A program made the translations under genes and the position numbers. The notes under the pieces are model-generated. The model had not been told where the DNA came from, made no database searches, and saw only the letters and a program-made list of their open reading frames with translations. From the NCBI GenBank assembly GCA_951406725.2, contig OX597815.1, positions 43,400,001 to 43,464,000 on the forward strand: DNA of 64,000 bases, in the 5' to 3' direction. Below are positions 1 to 13,279 of this stretch, in pieces (the stretch's first letter is position 1; each line of letters opens with the position of its first letter). This DNA is from Octopus vulgaris. Lineage: Eukaryota.

Positions 1-154
1 CTACTATTACTACAAAATACTGCTGCTGCTACTACTACTACTACTAATAATAATAATAACAATAATAATATTACTACTACTACTATATTACTACAACTAC
101 TACTACTAATGTTACTGCTGCTGCTGCTACTACTACTACTACTACTACTACTAC

Positions 155-191
<37 letters not shown>

Positions 192-283
192 GTTACTGCT
201 GCTACTACTACTACTACTACTACTTCTAATAATAATAATAATAATACTGTTACTGCTGCTGCTACTACTACTACTACTACTAC

Positions 284-357
<74 letters not shown>

Positions 358-445
358 GTGCTGCTGCTATAATGTCAACATTATCTTCAACAAAGACAAC
401 TACAGCAAGTAGAAGTAATGCCAGCAACAGTAGCAACAATAACAT
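1..445. repeat. Compound trinucleotide microsatellite (CTA/ATA/CTG blocks)
   Basis: Alternating (CTA)n, (ATA)n and (CTG)n blocks are directly visible. The poly-L/I/V ORFs are artefacts of this tract. Confidence 0.95.
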
Positions 446-549
446 CGTTAGGACTTACAACAAGTATGACTCGGAAAAGCGTTCAAGCTTGGGGAAACAA
501 TGCCGCACTGATGATGTATGATGTGAAAACTGAGTGGGGGTGGAAAGGA

Positions 550-911
550 GGATGAGAGAGGTAGAGAGAGAGAGTGAGAGAGAGAGAGCGGTAGGGAGCG
601 CGAGAGGGAGAGAGAGAGAGAGAGCGGTAGGGAGCGCGAGAGGTAGAGAGAGAGAGAGGTAGAGAGAGAGAGAGAGGTGGAGAGTAGACGTCTACAAAGT
701 GTGTGTGTGCGCGTGCGAGTATGTGTGTGAGTGTGTGTGAGTGTGTGTATGTGTGTGTGTGTGTGTGTGTGGCTGTGTGTGTGTGTGTGTGTTTGTGTAC
801 CTTGGCAAGGGAATTAGTAAATGGTGAGAAGGTAAGAGAGTAAAGAAAGAAGGGAAAAGATTGAAAGAGAAGAAGCATGAAAGAGAGAGAGTGGAAGATT
901 AAAAGAAAGCA

Positions 912-944
<33 letters not shown>

Positions 945-1060
945 GATAGTGCGAAAGGGAGGGAAATAGAGAGGAAGGTGGAGGGGAAAAGAGAAAGCTA
1001 AAGAGAAACAAAAGGAGTTCGGAGGGTAAAGAGATGTGAGGAGGGAGGGGAGTTCATAAA
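550..1060. repeat. GA-rich and GT low-complexity tract
   Basis: (GA)n and (GT)n runs and purine-rich sequence. Confidence 0.9.
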
Positions 1061-2091
1061 TGTTGGACATAACAAAGAGTCAGAAGCTACGTTAAAGCAT
1101 CCATTTAACCATTCATTCGACCACCCCAACCCACCTCATCAGTCTGTCATTACCCACAACTGCCACCACCACCCTCCTACTACCATCACCTCCACTTTCA
1201 CGACCAACACCCGAACACCCAGCACCCAGCGCCCAGCACCCCGACCTTAACTAACTTCCCATTTCCACCCTTTCACTACCCAACTTTCCTTCCCCGTACT
1301 CGTATTTTTTTTTTTTTACTCTCAAACTCACTCAAACCTTATTTTCACTGGTTTTCTTTCTTCTAACATCTTCTCTATCTCTCTATCTCTTTCTTTCTTT
1401 CTTTCTCTCTGTCACACTTCCCCTATACTCTTTCACTCTCACTCTCTCTGTCATCCTCTATCATTTTCTATCACTCTCCCTCTTTCTCTATCTTTCTCTT
1501 CCTTCCCTCTCACAGTGCACTTTTATCCACTGTTACTTTCGGATGGCTACCGCTGATTTTTGTTTTATTTTTAACTGTTCCCCCCAAAATTTCCCCCGCC
1601 CTCGTGCAAACCGTCAACTTTAGGCGGGCGGGTCAACAGTGTATTTTTGTTTTTACTGTGGTAGCACGAAATCCTAACCCTAAACCCTTTTACAACATAC
1701 GCTATGCCACTCCTTTGTCTTATCGTTATTATTCACCTCATGAGAACGAACAGACCGCTGAAGCCTGCTTTCCCAACTCTACAAGTTTCCTTTGTTGCAA
1801 ACTCTTCCTACTTCCATTGTTTTCCTCGTAAGTTCGTCTGAGAGCGCCTTCCAGATTTTATCCCAATCCTGATGACTCTGGAAAGAAAGAACAAAAGATG
1901 CTAATGAAATTAGAACGCAACTTGAACAAAATAAAATTATACTTGAAATTTTAAATTCCAAATTCTTTGAAAACATCCGTTTTCTTTTTGGTATTGTAAC
2001 CTTAGTGTTTAAGGTCATATTTCCTGTCAAGCACCACTTCATTTTACTTGCTCAATACCTCTCTTTGTTTTCTCTGTTTCTTTCCTTCCTT

Positions 2092-2136
<45 letters not shown>

Positions 2137-2263
2137 TCTCTCTCTCTTACCTTTTCTCATTCTCTCGCTCGCTTATATGTTTCAAATATGAGTTCTCTAA
2201 CTTGCAAGTATTGACGCAGATCTCATAATATTTTCACAACATACACTTTTCCTTGTTAAAGTA

Positions 2264-2334
<71 letters not shown>

Positions 2335-2504
2335 GTTTGTATGTATGTATATATATGTGTATGCATATATGCATGTAACCACCCTTGTATACATGTATAC
2401 ATGTATACATGTAACCACCCTTATTCTTTTATACAAATATTTGTGTGTGCGTCTATGCATATATATATATATATATATATATATTATCTATGCATTAACA
2501 TACA

Positions 2505-2940
2505 CATATCCTTTTCTACTCTAGGCACAAGGCCCGAAACTTTTGGGGAAGGGGGCCAGTCGATTAGATCGAACCAGTATGCATCTGGTACTTAATTTAT
2601 CGGATTCGAAGGGATCAAAAGTCGACCTCGGCGGAATTTGAACTCGGAACATAAAGACAGACGAAATACTGCTAAGCATTTCGCCCGGCGTGCTTCCGTT
2701 TCTTATTTCTTTATTGCTCGCAACGGGCAAAACATAGAGGTGACAAACAAGGACAGACAAAGGGATTAAGTCGATTATATTGACCCCAGTGCGTAATTGG
2801 CACTTAATTTATCGACCCCGAAAGGATAAAAGGCAAAGTCGACCTCGGCGGAATTTGAACTCAGAACGTAACGGCAGACGAAATAACTTTAAGCATTTCG
2901 CCCGGCGTGCTAATGTTTCTACCAGCTCACCTCCTTATTA
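2505..2940 (-). mobile_element. tRNA-derived SINE family B (Meta/MESC-like core), dimeric
   Basis: Reverse complement of AAGG..GAGCTGG..GAAA..TTAGCACGCCGGGCGAAATGCTTA...GTTCAAATTCCGCCGAGGTCGACTTTGCCTTT.ATCCTTTCGGGGTCGATAAATTAAGT.CCA. The core is present twice. Confidence 0.85.
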
Positions 2941-3571
2941 ACATGCACATATCATCAACACCCATTCTCTCTCGTCGTCATCTCTCTCTTTCTCGCTCTC
3001 TTTCTTTCTCTCTCTCTCTCTCCCACCCCTTCAAATTTTCTATATATTTCGTGTCCATCTTGGTGTAACAAGCATTTACGTCTCTTGACGTACGCGACAC
3101 ACGCACACACATACATACTTTCACCGCGTTCACACACACATACACATACTTTTACCACTTACACAAACAAATATACATATACGTATACACGACATCATTC
3201 ATATATATATATTCAAATGTATATATATATACATATATATATACATATATATGTGTGTGTGGGTATATATATATATATATTAAGGTCAGCAATTCTGCCC
3301 TTTCCCTTTAGCGGACACAACAATATAAGGTCATTTAACAGGGCTCCCCCTCTCCCCCTTTCTCTCTTTATATCTCCTTTTCCTTCTCTATCAGTCTTTC
3401 TCCCAAACACACACATACACACACAAACACACCCACAAACGAGTACATGCATGCAACACGCAATCATTGAAACCCTCATACTCACACGCATTCATAAACA
3501 TACGCACGCTCACATAATCCGTAACACAAACCTTGTAAATATGAATCGTTTCCATTGTTATTAACCTACAT

Positions 3572-3934
3572 CGGATCTATTTGGTTTGATTGCCAACATT
3601 TCAAAATTTAAAGTTTATCGAAGATTTTAAAATTTGACACATTAATATACTTTTCCAAGCTGAATTGCTGGAGTTATTTCACTTTTTCCAGAAAAATGTT
3701 TTAAAAAAGTTATAGAGGTTTAAAGTTTGATCATTTTCACCCAGTCAGGAAACAGGACTGGAAGCTGTCATTTTGTGCGTGACTGTACATTTTCTGAACA
3801 TCCTGAAAATAGCACGTGTTGTCAAGAAAGAGTAAACAACACATCTTTTGTAGTTTTAAGCATTGCGATAGCACGAACTTAAAAGATTTATCCCAAATTT
3901 AGTTTTGGGTATAACGCAAAACCGAATAGATCGC
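3572..3934. mobile_element. Putative MITE with imperfect terminal inverted repeats
   Basis: Left end GATCTATTTGGTTTG versus reverse complement of right end GATCTATTCGGTTTTG, around an AT-rich non-coding interior. Confidence 0.4.
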
Positions 3935-4052
3935 TAAAACATACGCTCTTTCAACCAAGCATCAAGATTTCTAAGTATGTGTTCACAGACGTGTGTGCGC
4001 GGATACACACACACAAACAAACTGATTTACATAAACATACATATATACATAT

Positions 4053-4121
<69 letters not shown>

Positions 4122-4720
4122 TATACATATATGTGCATATATATATATGCATATATATATGCATTCAAACGTCTATGTAGGTTTAGCTTCTGCTCACTTT
4201 CTTCAAATATTTTGATGTCGCATGGTCAGAAGGTTTGAGGTACGTAGCATTTGATAAATCTATGATAAATCTATTTCAATGGAAAGCTGTGCTGAAGAAG
4301 GATGTGAAATATATATGCAATGTATATGAAATATATATCAAAAATATATATGAAATATATATTCAATATGTTTATAATCCAGAAACATGATGTTCACAGA
4401 TAACCACCAGACTTCGTTTTCGATATCTATTCCTTCTGTTTTGCATATGTGAATTACAGGGTTTGTCGTGCCCGAGTCCCACTTTGATAGAAATAAGCAT
4501 TCTTGACTGCTATTTCTATTTTTTCGGTATGCGGTCAAGCAACCTGTTGCCTGTCCCTTTTTCTTATATACAATATATATACTGAACTTTACAGAAGTTC
4601 CTGCCGGTAATCGGCTATATTTACATACCGAATTCTACCAGTAAATAATTGTGGTTTTTTTAAAAACCTTTATAGAAATTATTTACTCTTATTATTATAT
4701 TATATATATATATATATATA

Positions 4721-5120
4721 TTCTCTTTCTCTTTTACTTGTTTCAGTCATTTGACCGCGGCCATGCTGGAGCACCGCCTTTAGTCGAGCATATCGACCCC
4801 GGGACTTATTCTTTGTAAGCCCAGTACTTATTCTATCGGTCTCTTTTGCCGAACCGCTAATTGACGGGGACATAAACACACCAGCATTGGTTGTCAAGCA
4901 ATGCTAGGGGGGCAAACACAGACACATAAACACACACACATACACACATATATATATACATATATACGACAGGCTTCTTTCATTTTCCATCTACCAAATC
5001 CACTCACAAGGCTTTGGTCGGCCCGGGGCTATAGCAGAAGACACTTGCCCAAGATGCCACGCAGTGGGACTGAATCCGGAACCATGTGGTTGGTTAGCAA
5101 GCTACTTACCACACGGCCAC
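4721..5120 (-). mobile_element. tRNA-derived SINE family A (internal microsatellite)
   Basis: Near full-length match to the copies at 41065, 49285 and 53819. Flanked by (TA)n. Confidence 0.9.
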
Positions 5121-5232
5121 TTTATATATATATATAGGGAGAATTCACAAAAAAAAAAGAAACAAAAGACGAAGACAAGTGGTGTAGAAAACAAACAGAT
5201 GTTTTAGTATAACGCTCGGGAATTGAAAAAGT

Positions 5233-5268
5233 CTTTAATGTTTCGAGCCTTCGCTCTTCCACAGAAAG
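5233..5268 (-). ncRNA. Degenerate minimal hammerhead ribozyme motif (Penelope-LTR-type module)
   Basis: Minus strand reads CUUU-CUGUGGA-A-GAGC GAAG GCUC-GAAA-CAUU-AAAG. The core is altered (CUGUGGA instead of CUGANGA). Confidence 0.5.
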
Positions 5269-5331
5269 GAACAGCATATAAAGAAACAAGGAGGGAAAAA
5301 ATGTGTGTAGTGGCTAGCGATCTATCATGGC

Positions 5332-5404
<73 letters not shown>

Positions 5405-5727
5405 CATACATACATATATATATATATATGAATATGTATAAATTTTATAAACATATATGTGGGTGTGAGTGTGTATATATATATATGCCCATATATACAC
5501 ATGAATATATATGATATATATTATGCGTGTGTATATATATATATATGTGCATATATATACACGTGCATATATAATATATATAATATATATACATAAATAG
5601 TAATAGTATGACAACAAAAGAATGAATGAGATCGCGATATTACGTAAATAGAGGAATTTATCTGTAAATATATGTGACAATTATTCGGTTGCCATAATAT
5701 AACTCCGAGTTTATTATGGGAACCGAA

Positions 5728-5801
<74 letters not shown>

Positions 5802-5803
<2 letters not shown>

Positions 5804-6125
5804 GAGTGAGAGAGCAGTGCATACCATCAAAGTGTCACTGGGATACAATTATACGAAACCCAATATGCCTATCATGACTACCCGTCTGATAAGGGTACAC
5901 CAGGCACATGCATCACAACCATATGTGCGAGACATGGTGATCTCATATCAAGATAAACAGCACATGACCTTGCAAGTGGGGCCCACATATTGTCAGCCAC
6001 TAAGGGATATGCTCAACTGGTTAAGCAACTGAAAAGCAAATCTATGGTATTGAGCAGAATATTTGCTGTATCCCATCTTTTATACCAAGACAAAATAATG
6101 TACATGATAACACATCCAATCAGTT
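5802..6125 (-). mobile_element. (TAA)n-associated non-autonomous retroelement, copy 1 (internally deleted)
   Basis: Homologous to 6411-6810 and bounded by TAT/TAA tracts. Strand is inferred from the TAA tail. Confidence 0.7.
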
Positions 6126-6147
6126 ATTATTATTATTATTATTATTA

Positions 6148-6271
<124 letters not shown>

Positions 6272-6342
6272 CATTATTATTATTATCATTATTATTATAA
6301 TTATTATTATTATTATTATAATTATTATCATTATTATTTTTA

Positions 6343-6410
<68 letters not shown>

Positions 6411-6412
<2 letters not shown>

Positions 6413-6810
6413 GCGAGAGAGCAATTGCATGCCATCAAAGTGACACTGGGGTAAAATATATGAAGCCCGGTATACTCATCATGACTACCCGGAAGACCCA
6501 CGTTTCCAAATGTGTATTATCCAAGCCCGAAAGAATTACGGAGGTGAATTATTCAAACCCCAAGAATTCCTCTCAACTTATGGCTGTGATGCTCCCCAAC
6601 TACTTCTGCTCGTAATCAGAGACACACATATTGTCAGCCACTAAGGGACATGCTCAACTGGTTAAAATCAAGCAATTGACAAGCAGATTTGTGGTACTGA
6701 GCAGAATATTTGCTGTAGCCTATCTTTTATACCAAGACAAAACAGTATACATGATAACACTTCCAATCAGTTAAGATCAGAAGCTATGAGAACCACTGCA
6801 TCAAAGCATT
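6411..6810 (-). mobile_element. (TAA)n-associated non-autonomous retroelement, copy 2
   Basis: Shares GAGAGAGCA..GCAT.CCATCAAAGTG.CACTGGG and CATATTGTCAGCCACTAAGGGA...CCAATCAGTTA with copy 1. Confidence 0.7.
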
Positions 6811-6940
6811 TATTATCAAAGCATTTATTATTATTATTATCATTATTATTAATCATCATCATCATCATCATCATCATTATTATTATTATTATTATTATTA
6901 TCATCATCATCATCATCATCATCATTATTATTATTATTAT

Positions 6941-7192
6941 ATGTTTGACTTTTGCTTTGTATTTATACAAGTTGGCTCCAAGCCTCATCCAGAGACCTCC
7001 AGAGACAACAAGTTAGAAGTTCATGTCGGTGTTATACCTAGAGTGTCATATATTTGGTTTTGCACATAGTATTGTTCTAGAGAATGTTTAAGAAAACACA
7101 AGAGAATTATGAATTTGTTTTAAAATTTGAGAATACATAGAATTTTCCGTAGGATATCGGTAGTTCCCGTGAGCACTATCTTTTAAATTTGA
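6941..7192 (-). mobile_element. 3' end of R4/Dong-like RLE non-LTR retrotransposon
   Basis: Minus frame [17 protein letters not shown] resembles the R4-clade C-terminal motif (QK.VL.GT..ILRK.L). It is followed by a 3' UTR ending in (TAA)n. Confidence 0.7.
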
Positions 7193-7282
7193 TATATATG
7201 AACACACACACACAGACACACACGTACATATATACACACACACATACATACATACATACATATACATACATACATACATACA

Positions 7283-7328
<46 letters not shown>

Positions 7329-7384
7329 GATATATACATACATATATATGCATACACACACACATATGTATGTATGTATGTATG

Positions 7385-7483
<99 letters not shown>

Positions 7484-7545
7484 ATATATATAAATAAATG
7501 AAAGAATGGGGTTGAACGACGAATTAACAAAATTCCTTTATTTTA

Positions 7546-7628
7546 TTTTCGACATATGTTTCGAAGGCTGCATATTCCTAATTTCGAAGGAATAAGAGGT
7601 GCATTATGCCGCCTTCTCATCAGGAAAA
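7546..7628 (-). ncRNA. Type I hammerhead ribozyme, canonical core
   Basis: UUUUC-CUGAUGA-GAAGGC...GCCUUC-GAAA-CAUAUG-UC^GAAAA. It has a 5-bp stem I, a 6-bp-plus stem II, a palindromic stem III and a GUC cleavage triplet. Confidence 0.85.
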
Positions 7629-8199
7629 GTAAGGAACTTATGTCAGCATCAAGATGCACAAAAACTTTTAGATGACTGCCCATACGGAGTCCATAGCGAT
7701 AATGAGTGTTTCTTTAAAATATTCTGTTATAAGCAGTGACGTCAAAAATGGTTGAATGTAGAAGATTCTAGAAGGTTCAAGGGTTCAAACAAGGTTGGAG
7801 GAGAGAGATCTAAGAATAGGAAGGTAAAAGGGTGCAGGTCAAATGAATGGTGATTTTGTTGTTTTCTTTTGTGAATGAGTGCCTGTGTGTGTGTATGTAT
7901 ATAACTGCATTAATGGCTATGTGTGTGTATGTGTGTGTGTGTGGTTGTGTGTGTGGATGGGTAGCTGCTAAAAACAGACAGTGGTGAAGTGACAGGTTTG
8001 TGTCTGTGTGTTTGATTGTGCTTACGATAGAGAGAGGGAAAGAGAGAGAGAGAGGAGGGCGAGTTAGAGAGACAAAGGTAACACACACCTCAATGGGTTG
8101 GGTAGTAGTTCTTTAAGAGAATAAAAATTGACTATGGGGGTGATATATAAATGGGACTATATTATTAAAATTCAAGGAGGTTATCTATATTAATCATTA

Positions 8200-8505
8200 T
8201 TCATATGAGTGAAAGGTGTGTTTTTGCCAGTGCATGCATCTATAGGATTTCTCGACCATTGTATTTATTAAAGGGATTTTGGCGAACAAAATATGGAAAA
8301 GTTCGGAATTACAGACGCCACAAAATTTTCTGCCCTTATCAAACGGAAAGGATACAGACGATATGGACCATTCCAGCTTGAAAGTTGTATTACTGTCCTT
8401 AAGACGCCAAACTATTTTACTTAGTCCTGCGCTATGTTGTTTTCTCTTATCTCGGAAAGTTGAATAATGGTTGGAGATCCTGTGGGCTAATTTAGAAGTA
8501 TTTGC
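8200..8505 (-). pseudogene. Penelope/Neptune-type GIY-YIG endonuclease C-terminal fragment
   Basis: My translation: KLAHRISNHYSTFRDKRKQHSAGLSKIVWRLKDSNTTFKLEWSI...KFCGVCNSELFHILF...LINTMVEKSYRCMHWQKH*. This fits the R..NH..F / LSK.W.LK / I.W.I / CxxCxxE / LN...C.H pattern. It is not in the ORF track. Confidence 0.8.
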
Positions 8506-8803
8506 CGGTACCGGAAAAAATTTTGCCCTGGTAAATGGAATTTCTAATTTTGGAATTGCTGGATAAGAACTTTAATCTGTTAGGGTTTACCTCCGAGACT
8601 AAGACGGAGTTTTTATTGTTATATCATAGCAGCAGTGACATCATTCGTTAAGACGTATTACAAATTCTTTGTGCTTTGTCTGTACCTCTCTCTCTCTATG
8701 TATGTATGTATGTATGTATGTATGTATGTATGTATGTATGTATGTATGTATGTATGTATGTATGTATGTATGTATGTATGTATGTATTATGTATGTATGT
8801 ATG

Positions 8804-8842
<39 letters not shown>

Positions 8843-8929
8843 TTATCTAGCTAGCTAGCTAGCTAGCTAGCTAGCTACATATATATGAATATAAACAGAA
8901 ATATATATATATGTGTGTGTGTGTGTGTA

Positions 8930-9340
8930 TACCAAAGTTCACCAGGAGAAACAAACGAAGACAAATGTACCAGCGGGCCGGCGAGCTGAGAATGGATGTG
9001 GGCCCAGGGTAGGTTCACAAGGAAAACGAAATAGAACCTGCATAGGTAATGGCTATGGTAAAAAAGAAACCAAACCAGTCTGCAAGTTCTATGTAGAGGG
9101 TTCCTGCTGGCACGGTGACATTGGGACAGGCTGCAGATTTTCTCATGCTAGATCCCATGTGAGCAGTGCTTGTTCCACTCGCCTGAAGACCAGGAAAAAC
9201 AGCCTCCAACAAGATAGTCAGATCACAAGATACAATGCCACCATCATGAAAGTGTGTGGATGGTGCACGCACAGCTCCCAGGAGGAAACAAACTGCCAAT
9301 GCAGTGCAGATAGCGGCTGCTTAACAACAGGGTTTTTTTT
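8930..9340 (+). pseudogene. LINE ORF1 fragment with CCCH zinc finger
   Basis: KPVCKFYVEGSCWHGDIGTGCRFSH lies directly upstream of an APE endonuclease. It is degraded downstream. Confidence 0.7.
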
Positions 9341-9518
9341 AGCTTGTGCTTGATTGTAAAGCAGCTAACCTGGCTTCACCAGACAACCAGTATGAGGAAC
9401 ACTTACCAGCATCCGTGACCACCTCAAACAACAAAGGATCCGAGGTGGCCACTTCTGACATCTCTGCGCGTGTCAGACCAGTGGCCACTACCGACACCTT
9501 AAATGTCACACCAGTATT

Positions 9519-9990
9519 CTGAACATCAGGGTCCTTGTAACGTCCCAGCAATGCAAAATACAGTACCTGAGGGACTTAGTGACATGTAATCAAGCAATAT
9601 GCGTGTCACTAACAGAAACACATCTGAATGTGGACATATCAGATGGTGAGATACACATACCAGGGTAAGTTGTGTTTCGAACTGACAGAAGAGAAAGGAC
9701 TCATGGTAAAGTGGAAAATGTACATCCAGGAAGATATCACGCCTGTGGTCCTGCTGTCACTCAAACTCAGTCTGTGACACTCTGGTGGCACACATTAAAC
9801 AGATGAAAATAGTAATATGTACCACGAATCGCCCACCAGATGCTCCAAATCATGGGGGATTCATTTGAAGAGAGCCTCTAAGAAATGAAAGAAGTATTAA
9901 CCAACCTGGATGTTAGCCCGCACATACTTCCTTTAGGGGATTTCAACCTCCCTTATGTCGAATGGTCTGAGGGCCAACTTCTCTCGGATA
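9519..9990 (+). pseudogene. CR1-group LINE ORF2 APE endonuclease fragment
   Basis: LNIRVL...LTETHLNVDISDGEIHIPG*VVFRTDR...(NRPPD)...LGDFNLPYVEW, with a stop codon and frameshifts. Confidence 0.85.
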
Positions 9991-10390
9991 CAAATATTCC
10001 TGTCGTTTATTATATCGTTATTATCACGTTACTGTCGTGTATATTTTATATATTTTCTCGTTCTCATAACTAGGGACCCTCGTCTGCTTCTCTTCTTGTT
10101 TGTACTTATATTTTTCCTTCATGTTCCCTCATATTCTAGCAGTTATTGTACTTTTGATGCCACCAGATTGTTGAAATTGTGATGACTTTTGGTCAATAGC
10201 TGATGAAGGATGAACACATCCATTCCTTAGTACGTTTTTTTCTTTGTTGTTTCCCGCATGTTCTTACGTCGTCCTCTCGTGCCACACTTTACTGTATTTA
10301 TGTGTGCGCGCGTGTGTATATATATGTTTTTATGTATTTCTAAATTCGTAGATGTATATATATATATGTGTGTGTGCATGTGTCTGGGTC

Positions 10391-10496
<106 letters not shown>

Positions 10497-10834
10497 TCTA
10501 CACAGGCTCACTTAATGTATGTGTGTGTGTGTGTGAAGCATAACTATAAATCATTGAACGTCGGGAAACTCCATCAACATACACCCTACCCTCATCACCC
10601 CGTTCACTTACCAGCTCTCCAAAACTCCGTGAAACTATTTTAACAAGCAAAAGAAACGTCCGCCAGCCACGCATAAAACCGGCCAGATGTCAGAAAGACA
10701 AAGAAGTCGATTGGCTCAGCATCAGCTCTACAACTCTCCTTCTCTCTTTCCTTCCCTTCTCTGTCTGCCTGCCTATCCGTCTGTCTGTTTGTCTGTCTGA
10801 TTTCTCCCTCTCTGTCGTCTGTCTGTCTCTCTCC

Positions 10835-10908
<74 letters not shown>

Positions 10909-10933
10909 GTCTGTCTGTCTGTCTGTCTGTCTG

Positions 10934-10971
<38 letters not shown>

Positions 10972-10974
10972 CTG

Positions 10975-11113
<139 letters not shown>

Positions 11114-11364
11114 ATGTCTGTCTAATTCTCTTGATTTCTCTGTCTTTCAGTATGCCTCGCTTCCTCACAAAATTCTGACACACCTCAAGCTTTTGTGTGT
11201 GTGCGTGTATGCATGTGTGCGCGCACGTGCGCGTACGTGTGTGTGTGTGTATCTGTGTTGTATTTGCCAATGATTATGAAGATTACGAGAATGACACTGA
11301 TAACGCTCATTATAATAATGATTAATGACTGGTTCTGTAAGGGGTCTTTCATACTTCAAATAGA

Positions 11365-11640
11365 TAAGGTTGGCGACTTGGCTGGATCCTTAGCCCAACG
11401 GGTGAAATACTTGGAGGCGTTTCATTTCTCTTTACGTTCTGTGTTCAAATTCTGCTGGGGTCGACTTAACCGTTAATCCTTTCAGGATGGGCAAACTAAG
11501 CACCAGTCGTGCTTATCTAAGTACCTAACAAGCTTTCGGAGTCGATAAAATAAGTACCAGTTGAGCAATGAGGTCAATGCACTCAACTTACTCTTTCACC
11601 CGAAATTGCTGAATTTGGGCCAAAATTTGAAACCAATATT
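11365..11640 (+). mobile_element. SINE family B, diverged
   Basis: TTACGTTCTGTGTTCAAATTC...GTCGATAAAATAAGTACCAGTTGAGCA. Confidence 0.7.
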
Positions 11641-11741
11641 TCAAGTAGATAAGCCAAAAGACAGTACGGATATACGAACATACACACACACACACACACA
11701 CAGACACACACACAAACACACACGCACACACACACACACAC

Positions 11742-11784
<43 letters not shown>

Positions 11785-12097
11785 CACACACATGTACAAA
11801 CATACACACATATACACATACACGCACGCACACACAGATAGAGACACACACACACACATACACGCACACACACACACACATACACACACACATGCACAAA
11901 CATACACACACATACACATACACGCACGCACACACAGATAGAGACACACACACTCGCATATGCACACACACACACACACAACGCAAATCGAACATCAAAA
12001 ACTTAACATTGAAGATCGAAGATTTAAATTAACAAATAGCAAAACAACAAAAGGACGTACGTATGGAATGTATTAGCTTAACGCTCAGAAAAGTGGG

Positions 12098-12134
12098 TCT
12101 TTTACATTTCGAGCATAACTCTTCGTCAGAAAGA
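12098..12134 (-). ncRNA. Minimal type I hammerhead ribozyme motif
   Basis: UCUUU-CUGACGA-A-GAG UUAUG CUC-GAAA-UG-UA^AAAGA, with a 5-bp stem I and one extra A after the core. Confidence 0.65.
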
Positions 12135-12333
12135 GGAGAAAGGAAAGGCACAGAGAAACAAAGAAGTCTAGGAAAAGCACCTGTGTGATTATATGGCTAA
12201 TGTGCGTGTATGTGTTAAATTGATGAAATGCTTGCATAGTTCAATTAAATGGAGTCGCATGAAACGACCGTACTGCATTATCTCTGGATATCCTTGTTGC
12301 TTATTTTGATTATATATATATATATATATATAT

Positions 12334-12498
12334 ATTCTTCTATTCTTTTATTTGTTTCAGTCATTTGACTGCGGTCATGTTGGAGCACTGCCTTTAGTCG
12401 AACATTTCAACCCCAGGACTTATTCTTTGTAAGCCTAGTACTTATTCTATCTGCCCATTTTGCCGAATTGTAACTTAGTTACGGGGACGTAAACACAG
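12334..12498 (-). mobile_element. SINE family A 3' portion
   Basis: TTGTTTCAGTCATTTGACTGCGG...GGGGACGTAAACAC, truncated where the LINE fragment begins. Confidence 0.85.
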
Positions 12499-12915
12499 CT
12501 ACTGGGAAAGGTTGAAACAGTTAAGACTCTACTCCCTGGAGATAAGACAGGAGAGGTATGCAGTAACATATATCTGGAAGATCCTGGAAGGAATTGTACC
12601 AAATTTTGACATTGAAAGCTACACCAATGCCAGAACGGGACGACACTGCATAGTGCCAAAGATCCCAGCAACGCCATCACGCTTCAGGACCAGTTACTGC
12701 AACAGCCTGGGTTTCAAATTCTCCCAAGAGTCTGAGGAACTTGCACAAAGTAGATGTAGGGGGTCTTTAAATCAAAGCTGGACCTCTTTTTGTCAAGAGT
12801 CCCAGATGAACCTACCTCACGGCAAGAGGTGCAAAGGAGGGTAGCTATATCAAACTCCATTCTTCACCAAGTGCTACATATTAGAGGAGGCTCGTAGTAA
12901 TAACAGTGTAGCAAA
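12499..12915 (+). pseudogene. CR1-group LINE ORF2 C-terminus and 3' end
   Basis: YWERLKQLRLYSLEIRQERYAVTYIWKILEGIVPN...RTGRHC...NSLGF, then FKSKLDLFLSRVPDEP in another frame. This is a typical CR1-group C-terminus. Confidence 0.85.
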
Positions 12916-13045
12916 ACTATATATATATATATAGTCAATTCAAATAAAACATTTCAAATAAACGAATAAAAAACCGAAAAGAAAAGCCAAACATGAGGAC
13001 GTGCACAAGAATTGTATTAGCTTGACTCTCAGTAAAATGAGCGAG

Positions 13046-13078
13046 TTTGACATTTCGAGCATAGCTCTTCGTCGGAAA
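13046..13078 (-). ncRNA. Degenerate minimal hammerhead motif
   Basis: UUU-CCGACGA-A-GAGC UAU GCUC-GAAA-UG-UC^AAA, with a U4-to-C change in the core. Confidence 0.5.
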
Positions 13079-13279
13079 GAAGAAAGGAAAAAGCCGAAAG
13101 ATGAAGAAATCGCCAACGGCAGGCGTATACGTACATATGTATATGTGGGTGTGTTGTGTTTGTATGTATGAATGGATATTTGTGTGTGTGTATGTTTGTG
13201 TGGAATTTTTAACTGTATATAATTGCAATTATCTTTAATGTTTGCTAGTTTGGGAAATATCAACCTTTGTGAAATGTAT

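Larger units (their letters stand above)
7500..8620 (-). mobile_element. Penelope-like element (PLE) 3' part: GIY-YIG C-terminus, UTR/pseudo-LTR and ribozyme
   Basis: Contains the GIY-YIG-type peptide at about 8200-8505 and an intact hammerhead motif at 7546-7628 in the same orientation. Confidence 0.8.

Noticed and set aside
1673-1688. Telomere-like CCTAACCCTAAACCC
   Set aside because: Only about two units, so not an interstitial telomeric array.
4290-4320. CTGAAGA...GAAA words (also near 14975 and 26790)
   Set aside because: The stems needed for a hammerhead cannot be formed, so they are not counted as ribozymes.
4700-5137. Recurrent ORFs such as RLPNPLTRLWSARGYSRRHLPK and AEVDFAFHPF
   Set aside because: They are chance frames through SINE families A and B and recur wherever those SINEs occur.
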